Origin: Sphyrna mokarran | Lineage: Eukaryota | Direction: 5' to 3' | DNA: 64,000 nucleotides | Assembly: GCA_024679065.1 (NCBI GenBank) | Contig: JAGIQG010000016.1 | Coordinates: 8,618,001-8,682,000 of the forward strand | Part shown: positions 54,761 to 64,000 of the stretch, piece after piece | Layout: each line of letters begins with the position of its first letter | How positions within the stretch are numbered: the first letter of the stretch is position 1 | The notes under the pieces: generated by a model | Seen by the model: only the letters and a program-made list of their open reading frames with translations | The model's database searches: none | What the model was told of the DNA's origin: nothing | Program-made: the position numbers and the translations under genes

Positions 54761-55741
54761 CTTCAAAACAGATCAAATATGTTTTATAAATCACATTCCG
54801 GCACTTTTGCAAATGAAAACTTTTCGCAATTTACGGAGGATAGAACAATGTTACACAAGTTTCGGACATGATTCTGGCCATTGAAGATGCAGATGATGAG
54901 TAATACATTCATTCTGATGGTTGAGAATGGTTGCAATTCACTTCTTTGGAGGATTTTGGAGGATACGCCACTGATTATATTCAAGGCTGCGATCAATAAC
55001 TTTTTACATGTTAAGTAAAATCGAGAGATTGGCGATTGTGCAAGGCAATTGTCCTGAAGGGAAGACCCTCATGATCACATTCCATGGCCTTGCTGAAAGT
55101 TCAACACTTCCATCCGTGTACCAATTTCATTACGTTGAAAAACACAATATTTTGCCAGACGAGATGCAGCTGCATCGTTATTCCAGGAGATCAACTGACA
55201 CTTCATATTCTCGTCTTCTGTAACTGCTCTGACCTCAGGATATTAAAACGCGTTGAAAGTGGACTATGGGCGATCACCCAATTATAACTGTTAGGTGATG
55301 CTAATATTTACTCTGAGTTTTACGTATGTATCAACATATTTTAATCTAGACAAACAGTGTTTCATTACTCTGTTTAACGGATTCAAAATTACACAAAGTC
55401 GCAGGGTGATCTATTGATCTGTAGTCCAATCATAATGCGAGGATGGGGTGATGGAATGTGTGAAAGCCACGTGAGGGATCTGGATAATTAACAATACTGG
55501 ATGCTCATGGTGAAGCATATTTTCGGCCCTGTGGTGTCAATGCTTCAGCCTGAGACTTCTTTCCAATTTTGTTGGATTGAAACGAAAATCCATGTAAATA
55601 TGTCACCAGAAGGAGACTGCTAGCGAGTGACGAAATGTGGATATCCAGACCTTCCCGTATATTAATTCATCACTTGGCAAATATCTCACAATTTTTTTTC
55701 TCATTATGTCAGTAAGTGTGTCGAATTATTCTTAAATTTAC

Positions 55742-55768
55742 CTGAATCTTTTTCTTGCAAAGCAGCTT
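55742..55768 (-). CDS. 27-nt micro-exon (Q/E)AALQEKDS
   Basis: gtgttctcttacag|AAGCTGCTTTGCAAGAAAAAGATTCAG|gtaaat. Confidence 0.9.
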
Positions 55769-55785
55769 CTGTAAGAGAACACGAA

Positions 55786-58700
55786 AAGGGCCATTTGCAA
55801 TTGAACCAGAGGGGCACCAATATCCTAGCAGGGAAATTTGCTACGGCTCAGGAAGAGGGTTTAAAATAATTTGTGAGCTGTAGGCCAATGTTGAAAGCAG
55901 TGAGGTACTGAGGAGGGTCTCAAGGTCGCAGGAGTGTACCGGCAGACGGGAAGGTGGGTTGAAGTGTGTCTACTTCAATGCAAGGAACATCAAGAATAAA
56001 GTAAGTGAACTTGGAACGTGGATTAGGACTTTGGACTAGGATGTTGTGGCCATTACGGAAACATGGTTAGAACAAGGACAGGATTGATTACGGGTATAGA
56101 TGTTTCAGTGAGAGTGCGGAAAATGGTAAAGGAGGTGGAGGAGTAGCATTATTAATCAAGGATAGATTAACGGATGCAGAAAGGCAGTGCGAGAGGAGAA
56201 TCTGCACACTGAGAAATGTGGCTGAAGTTAGAAATAGGAAAGGACCGGTAACTTCATTACGGATTTTCTATAGGCCCCCAGTTAGTGATAGAGATGTGAA
56301 GGAAGAAATTGTAAAGCAGATTACGGATAGTTGTGGAGCCCTCAGCGTATTTGTCATGGGTGATTTTTATAGGTCGAATAGTTCGGATGGAACAGTTTTT
56401 TATAGTGTGTGCAGGAAGGTTTCTTGACACAATATGTGGATAGGCCGACAAGAGGTGGGGCCACATTGGACATGGTACTAAGTAATGAACGAAGTCAAGT
56501 GTTAGATTTGTTTGTGGGAGAGCACTTTGGATATAGTGACCACAATTCAGTGTCTATCAGTATTGCAGTGGGGAGGGACAGGGCCGTACAGCAAGTCAAT
56601 TAGGGGTGGGTAATTATGATGCGACTAAGCTAGTATTAAGGAGCATAAGGTGGGAACAGAAACTGTCAGGGAAAGACTCAAATGACAGATGAAGCTTGTT
56701 CAAGGAACAAATACTGCATATCCTTGACAATATATTCCTGTCAAGCAGAGAGGAGGGAGCCATCTCAGTTATCAGAGAGGAAATGGCCGATTGAAGAAAC
56801 CATCTCATCTCTTTTGAGGTTGATTGGAGGTTCAATTTCTTGTAAAGACGTTGAATATCTTGTAAAAGAGGTTGAATGTCTTGTAAAAAATGAAAAAAAG
56901 TATATGTGAGGATGAGAAAACAAAGCTCATTTGAGTTGCTTGAGGGTTACAAGATAGCAAGGAATGAACTATAAAAAAGGACTCAGGAGAGCTAGGAGGG
57001 AACACAAAATACCCTTGGTGTGTAAGATCAAGGAAAACCCTAAGACTTTTTACTCTTCTGTGAGAAATAAAAGAATGACCAGGGTGAGGTTAGGGCTGGT
57101 CAAGAATAGTAGTGGAAAGTTGTGCATAGAATCAGAAGATAAAGGAAATGTGATGAATGAATTCTTCAGTGTTCACTAAGGAGAGGGCCCATGTTTTTGA
57201 GGATGAGAGTATGATACAGCCTGATAGGCTGGAGGGGGTAGATGTTCTGAGGGAATATGTATTAGCAATTTTGACGAAAAGAAAGGGTCGATAAATCCGC
57301 TGGGTGAGATAAGATGGACAAAGGAATTTTTGGAATACAAAGGAGGAAATTGCAGAAACTTTGGTTTTGATTTTGGGTCCTCACTACCCACGGGGATAGT
57401 GCTAGAGAACTGGAGAGTAGCGAGTGTTGTTCCTCTGTTTAAGAAAGGGAATAAGAATGACTCTGGCAATATCAGGCTGGTCAGGCTTACTCCGATGGTC
57501 GATAAGTTAATGGACAGGATTCTGAGGGATATGATTTATGATCATTTGGAAAGATGCAGCTTAATTTGAGATAATCAAAATGGATTCGGGGAGGGTACGT
57601 CCTGCCTCACGAATTTGATTGAATTCTTTGAGGAGATAACGAAGTGTGTGGATGAAGATAGAACAGTTGATGCCCTATATATGGACTTTAATAAGGTGTT
57701 TGATAAGTTTCCCCATTGTCAGCTCAAGAAGAAAGTAAGGAAGTGGGAAATAAAGGGAAAGTTGGCTGATTGGATAAGTAACTGACTGTCTCATAGAAGA
57801 CAGAGTGATCGTGGATGGAATATTTTCAGACTAGTGACTATTTACCAGGAATCTGTGCTGGGTTCTCTGCTGTTTGTGATTTTTACCAATGAATTGGAGG
57901 AGGAGGCTGCAGGATCGGTCAGCAAATTTGGGTCAGCTGATGACACCAAAATTGGTGGACAGTGGATGAGTTGGAGGCTGGTGTAGGCTGCAAAGAGACA
58001 TTGATAGGATGTAGAAGTGGGCCGGAAATGGCAGATAGAGTTTAATCCTGATAAGTGCGAGGTGATTCATCTTGGTATGACAAATTAGAATGTAGTTTAA
58101 AAAGACAACAGCAGGGTCCTGATGAATGTGGAGGAACAGAGATCTTGGGATTCATATCCACAGATCTCTGAAATTTTCCCTCAAGTGGACAAAGCCGTGA
58201 AGAAGGCCTATAGTGCGTTAGTGATTATACACAGGCGATTAGATTTTAAGAGCTGTGGGATTATGCTGCAACTGTACAGGATCTTGGTGAGATCATATTT
58301 GGAATATTGTCTGCAGTTCTGGTCACTTCACTAAAAGAAAGACGTGGGAGCATTGGAGAGAGTGGAGAAGAGTTTTACCAGGATGCTGCCCGGTTTGGAG
58401 GTTATGAGGAAAGATTGATGGAGCTAAGGCTTTTCTCTTTAGAGTGTAGTTGGATGACAGGGGACTTAATAGAGTTTTATAAGAAGATGAGGTGGATAGG
58501 TAGGATGAACGCTGAGTGACTATTTCCTTAGAGGATGTAGCTATTATATACTATATAACTATTATATAACTGTAAGGATCATGACGGGAGATATAGAAGG
58601 GATGTCCAAGGTAGGTTCTTTATTCAGTGAGTGATTGGGGTGTGGTATTGACTGCCTGCTGTGACAGTGGAGTTGGGCATATAAGATCTTTCAAGCAGTT

Positions 58701-58830
58701 ATTGGGTAGGCACACAGAACACATCAGAATGATGGGGAGTTGGATAGCTTGATCTTGGTTTCGGACAGACCTTGGCACAACATTGAGCACCAAAGGGCCT
58801 GAACTGTGCTGTACTGTTCTGTGTTTCTAA
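55786..58830 (+). mobile_element. Decayed CR1 LINE (end of ORF1, ORF2 APE and RT, 3' tail)
   Basis: LKCVYFNARNIKNKVSEL, VMGDF, QYVDRPTRGGATLDMVL, EHFGYSDHNS, WRVASVVPLFKKG, LEYCLQFWS; tail aagggcctgaactgtgctgtactgttctgtgtttctaag. Confidence 0.9.
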
Positions 58831-59412
58831 GTTTATTTTACTTTTCATTTGGACAATGGAAAATTCTGCTGAATGTCTAGTCGAGGGAAGCTGCCATTCT
58901 TTTAAAGCAAATCTCATTTACTTTCGGGATAATTTGCTAATTTCAGTGCAGTAACAAAGTTAATTAGTCATTCACAACAGGAGGAAGATTCTGAAATTAG
59001 GCCTTGGCCCTCCATCTATTGTTGCCATACTGCTATTTCCCAACTGTTTTCTTTTTGCCAATTTGATCATTTTCATTATCATGTATGGAAATGGCTATTT
59101 TTAAATTTCAATAGGTTTATTAGTGATTGAAACATTCAAGCTATGTTGGAAAAAAGATGTCTCTTGTCCTGTCTTACTTCAAGGAAAAACTGCACAAATT
59201 CAGATAACCCTAGCAGGACACCCCTCAACATTCATGCTGCTACACGTTCAGACTTCCTTGTAAACTATATTTTTCTTCACGTAAATTACTCGGACATTTC
59301 TTGAAGGCCATGTTTGGTGCAATTTAACCAGATCGTTCATTCGAGAAAACATGGAATTTATTGCAATCAAAAAAATCACGTTAGGTCCGAGGTAGGGTTA
59401 TCCAGAACTTAC

Positions 59413-59439
59413 GGAACTTTTGCTGCAGGTCGTCAAATT
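59413..59439 (-). CDS. 27-nt micro-exon EFDDLQQKF (36-nt-type sequence shortened by 9 nt)
   Basis: gcttcctttttag|AATTTGACGACCTGCAGCAAAAGTTCC|gtaagt; aligns with EIKDLQKKC of exon 54725. Confidence 0.8.
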
Positions 59440-59819
59440 CTAAAAAGGAAGCAGAGAATACAGATATTTTATTAAACATATTGATTTGAAATTTATAATT
59501 TTACCTGATTTCCCCAGTAGCTTTGCAAAACCTCTTCACACAGCGAATCACTAATGCCCACCAGAATACTGTTACTGAAGCATTTTTGTTGCAATATCCT
59601 CTAGGTTAATCGCAGTGTTGTAAGTGCCTTGAATTATGGTTTTATACAAAGGATTTGCAGCACGAAAACATGCGCTGAATGCCGTTGCTATGAACAAAAA
59701 AATTGAATTTATTCGGTAATGCGAGAATATATGTTCAGAGTTTCTTCAGAGAACATGAAGTTCTACTCCACAATTGCTTTGAAAGAGCTATAGAAAGCAA
59801 ATTCAGAATTTATTGCAGT

Positions 59820-59968
59820 GAAACAGAAAATGCTGGAATAAACATGACCGACATCTGCGGAAAGAAACAATGTTATTTCGGATCCTATTGTTATAGTTCT
59901 AATAACTCATTTCTTCTCTTAGATGTGGCGACACCTTTTGAGTTGACCCAACATCTTCTGTGTCTTTT
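59820..59968. mobile_element. Decayed self-inverted Penelope-derived or MITE-like short repeat (related piece at ~62455-62560)
   Basis: Begins aaacagaaaatgctggaa...catctgcggaaagaa and ends with the roughly complementary ttctcttagatg...caacatcttctgtgtc. Confidence 0.45.
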
Positions 59969-61437
59969 TGCATGTCAAGCGTTCACAGTATTTTGGTATT
60001 ATCCAGATTACTTATCCGTACACAATTCCTCTCCAGAACAGGAAAATGAACAGATTTTACGGAGTTTAAGTTCGAATAGTATGGCTGCAACAAACGTTTG
60101 CAGGTTTACATTTCCATGAGTTTGCCTCAGCAACATGGAAGGACATTTTTCCAAAAACAATTGTATGACAGCAAGGAGAAATGTTTGTTATAGTAAATCT
60201 ATTTGCCGTATGTACCTTCGAAACGGAACTCGTGATATTGGCAAACATATGGAATGCGTTATTTCTGTGTAATGCATTCCAGCGCATACCTGCAGAGCAG
60301 GCTATGAATTTTGATTGTGCTGAATTTGGCGCAGATCAATAGGTATGATTATGTTGGTGCGCTCAAACTTTTTGACTGCTGTGGAACCTGCGATCATGTT
60401 GCGGATTAATCAATCACACCGCTGAAGCACGCATTGTAGGTTATCGACAATTTATTACCGAAAAGGTCGGTAACACTTTCTGGTCGAATTAATATTTGGA
60501 TGGTTGAATCCGTTAATATTCTGGCCAACAAGGACAATAGGTTTCATGTGCTGGAGAGCTGAACAACACGAATAAAACCGCACTCGAACATCACATTCTG
60601 CCTTGTTCAGGGTGGCAGCTTTCTGGTATTTACAGTGACACGCAGTGTTCAGATGATAATTGCCAATACTGCGTGAATTTGCTACGCTGCCCACTTGCTT
60701 TATACATGAATAACAGAAAATTCAGCATCGTTTGCGTTTTGTAGCCCTAATCAAACATCTCGCTTTTCGAGCACATGCTATCATGAAGGTTGTTGAAAAA
60801 ACATTGTTGTTGATAACACATTTCAATGTGTCTCACGCTGGAAAACGATTTTGAGAATTTCCTTTAGCAATGCATTTCAGTTTCGACTTTGGGCTTTCCA
60901 CAAAGGCGGGAATTCTATTGTGATGCTTGTAACTCTAAACCCCGCTCAGCTTACCATGTTTTTCAATCACTTTGGCGTTCATAGCATTAACACGCGACCA
61001 CACATAACTACGATTTATCAATTCAGTTGTTTTTTCTTTCTCTACCTTTGGAACAACTGTTATGATGTTTGTTCCTGGCCCAAATCAGCATGCAAAACAG
61101 TGAACAGACTGTTAATTACTGCGAATGGAATGAAATGCCAGGGATATATATAATAATCAGTCCGGAATGGTCCTTAAATATCGGCCGAATTTTGAAGGGC
61201 GACCTTTAGATATTACCTTAATAATGATGTTGGATCAACGTCATCTTTAACAATCCTGAAAAGAAACACTGCCCCGAAAGTGTGTTGCCTTTGTAAATCA
61301 TCATATCCGGCTGTACCAGCAGTGTTCAGGGAAATATTTTAACAAATTTCCGAAGTCAAAATATGTCCGACAGCTAACGTTAACAGACTAACGATCATAC
61401 AAATCATACGATCTCAGAGCTAAAATTGATACTTTAC

Positions 61438-61473
61438 CCATTGAAGAAGCTTTATCATTTAAGGTGATCATCG
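61438..61473 (-). CDS. Candidate 36-nt micro-exon AMITLNDKASSM
   Basis: ctctaagatcag|CGATGATCACCTTAAATGATAAAGCTTCTTCAATGG|gtaaag. Right length, phase and Leu5, but poor polypyrimidine tract and no 27-nt partner found. Confidence 0.35.
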
Positions 61474-63232
61474 CTGATCTTAGAGCCTCAGTGGCATAGA
61501 ATTAGTGTGTGGTGCCTTGAACTTGTGGGAATAAAGACAATACTCTCAATAAGACATTCAAAATGGTAACAATCGACAGCGGCCCGTGTTGCTAGGCTGG
61601 TAGTGCAACGGTTTAAACAAATTATCAATGGCATAGATATAAATTTGGTGCCAACTTCAACTGTAATTTAATTGTATCTTCGAAAATGCTCGCTTGTCGT
61701 TGGAGAGAGAAAAAAAAACAATTTGTTCCAGTAGGAATGGTCAATGATCCATCATCCCTCTGGCAATTTTGTTACGTTAAATCCAAAGAAATGCGCTGGC
61801 TAATTAACCTCCTTTTGAAATCAAATGTTTCGCATCTCTACATATTTGCCGAAGCAATATGCGTTATGATATATGTATACACTCCGTCAATGCGCACCAA
61901 AGACGCACTCGTATTTTACTCCACTGACCTGTGCGTTATTGATAGCCCTTCAAAGCCTTAAAAAATGGTCCGCCTCTTCCTTAAATTTAGTCAAAGGTCC
62001 AGTATTCACCACATCTGCGGTGGTGATTTCTGTAGAGTTAAAACTCTTGTACAAATTTAATTTCTGCTCATCACTGTTTTATATCCGCCCTTAGTTATCC
62101 TAAAGTTCCGAGTGATATTTATGACTGCTTAACAAATGAAACAACCACTCCAAATACAGACAGCCACTCTCACTTATTATCGTCTACGTCTCCAATAAAT
62201 GCCCTCTCATTTTTCTAAACTCTAGGATGTGTATGTCGAAATTGTGTAAATCATTTTCGAAAGTCAAACCCCTCAATCTCCTCAACTTGCTGTGAATCGC
62301 CACCACTGCATTTCACTTCGAGTAAGAGGATCAAACTTACCCTTGTTCTGTCATTGTTCATAGAAATTGCGCTATGATGAAACAACAGTTCACAGCGACA
62401 GAGGATGACATTTATTGGTTCTCAGCTGCAGTAGGTACCTTTAGAAATGTAAAACCAACAGAGAAAATGCTGGAAAATCTTAGCAGAACTGGCAGCGTTT
62501 GCATGGACTGAAAAGAGCTGACATTTCGAGTCCAGTCCTTTGTCAAAGCTGAAACGTATATGTAAAAAGGGGGTGAAAAAGAGAAGCAGAATTAAAACGG
62601 TTTCGTATGTCCAACACATCATTGCTTGCTATATTTTGTCCACCATTGCTTTTTGGCTACATTGCATAAGGAGGATAGTTAAGTGCTCTTTGTTTGGTAA
62701 AATACGAGTGTGTCTTTGTTGCGCATAGACGGAGTGCGTGTATTTATCATAATATATATTTTGCCTTTGGCAAAGACGAAGAGATGCATAAACAATTGAT
62801 TTCAAAAGGACCTTAATTGGTCAACGCGTTTCTTTGGATTTAACGTAACAAAACTGCCAGAAGAATGGATGGATCATTGACTTTCCTACTGCAACAAATT
62901 GTTTTTTCTCTCTGTCCAATGACAAGCGAGCATTTTCGAAGATGCAATTAAATTACAGTTGATGCTGGTACCAAATTTATACTTGGGCCATTGGTAATTT
63001 GTTTAAACCGTTGCACTACCAGCCTAGTAATCGCTGTCAATTGTTATCATTTTGAATGTCTTTATTCCCACAAGTTCAAGGCACCACACTCTAAGTCCAT
63101 GCCACTGAGGCTTGAATTGGAGGATTTCCGGCGAATCGTGAGAAAATCAGTTTGCAAAGAAAAAAAAAGAACAACAGAATGACAAAATTCATCACTTTAT
63201 TGTTAGAGGAAGGAAATTAATATTTCAATCAC

Positions 63233-63259
63233 CTTTTACTTGTCCTTTCATTTGTTCTT
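63233..63259 (-). CDS. 27-nt micro-exon EEQMKGQVK
   Basis: ttcctacttaacag|AAGAACAAATGAAAGGACAAGTAAAAG|gtgatt. Confidence 0.75.
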
Positions 63260-64000
63260 CTGTTAAGTAGGAAATTAAGTAATCAAAAAATGAAAGGGCA
63301 TGTTTTCTTTGGCCATTGCTTTTAAAATTGTCAGGACGTAGGATAATAAGACGCTACCATTTAAATTCACTTTCGTACTATCTAATAAAAGTATTGCTCT
63401 TTGCTGCCCAATTCTTGACGCTCCCTTTGTGTCGTTTTATTCTGAGCATCACTTACAAATCATGCCGCCAAGTGGTCTCTCTGGTTTCATAACGGGGTAT
63501 GAGAAGAGTGATTTAAAATTTTCTGATTTTGCCCCACCAACAAACCAGTCATGTTCACTAATTGAAAGAGTGTGAATCGTCATTTTACCCAAATTAGTGG
63601 CTTTGTGACACTACGAGATTTGAATTGGCTCTGTGTTGAAAAAAAATGCATTACATTATCAATAAAAGCTGTTGAAAAGCTGTTGCATGGGGTTTGCTAC
63701 CAATTCTTAAAAAAAAAGCAAAATGCTGCACAGAAGTACAACTGTCCCATTTTTACAAATAGCTTTATCATTTCAGGCGAGGTGACCTTCTCTGGAAAGG
63801 TCATAATTTCTTGCGCATGCCTCTTGCCTATGAACTGATTAGTTTGCTCGCGCAGTTCAAAGGCAGCAAAGAACAAATCAAGTTGCGATCAATCCGCATA
63901 CATGTGTCAATCAGACAAGTTAAGGTCCAGATTTTCTTTCTCATTAGAACATTGGTGAGCAACGTAGATTTAATGACAATCGTAAATGTTTTGATAGCCA

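Larger units (their letters stand above)
1650..63259 (-). other. Partial protein-coding gene (5' end beyond the right edge) built from alternating 36-nt and 27-nt phase-1 micro-exons encoding a 21-aa-repeat coiled coil
   Basis: 22 AG/GT-bounded exons of exactly 27 or 36 nt, all phase 1-1, all stop-free in the spliced frame. Shared motifs: 36-nt type x-[IVL]-x-x-L-x-x-x-hydrophobic-x-x-[CLAY]; 27-nt type Lys at position 7 in 11 of 12. Confidence 0.9.

Noticed and set aside
1-64000. CRISPR arrays, operons, rRNA or tRNA genes
   Set aside because: This is eukaryotic intronic DNA. I saw no regularly spaced repeats or intact RNA genes, and the tRNA-like boxes belong to decayed SINEs.

Overview
AT-rich vertebrate genomic DNA, almost certainly from a cartilaginous fish (shark/ray-type CR1/HER1 LINEs, HE1-like V-SINEs, Rex1/Babar LINEs and Penelope fragments). 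The recognisable ORFs in the supplied track are retroelement debris. The window does hide a real gene. On the minus strand I read 22 symmetric phase-1 micro-exons (AG...GT flanked, stop-free) spread over about 61 kb (63259 down to 1953). They alternate 36 nt and 27 nt, so each pair encodes a 21-aa (3-heptad) coiled-coil unit, and the alternation is perfect over 17 consecutive exons (42414 to 1953). Spliced product (about 225 aa, N-terminus outside the window): EEQMKGQVK EFDDLQQKF QAALQEKDS EIKDLQKKCEQL VLEAKEKLD DEETREKDS EIAALNKELQDA GELFRQKQK EIDNLKSRLAEC DEYLIDKTK VIETLKSDIVEA ENDFQQKEA ELQKQKEICQGY ARGNTQKNE EIAILKNTLLDC EQNLAKKDE DIMKMKANIKQC DGKIKSKES VVDKLKSDYEDC ELKLANKQK ALDKLKENLNDL GLNFSRKDR, then probably GSQCRDGLLY-stop. 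I do not recognise the gene. The introns hold the transposable elements, including a near-identical inverted CR1 pair, a CR1/V-SINE chimera and a Penelope fragment with a hammerhead-ribozyme motif. Exon coordinates were counted by hand and TE boundaries are approximate.
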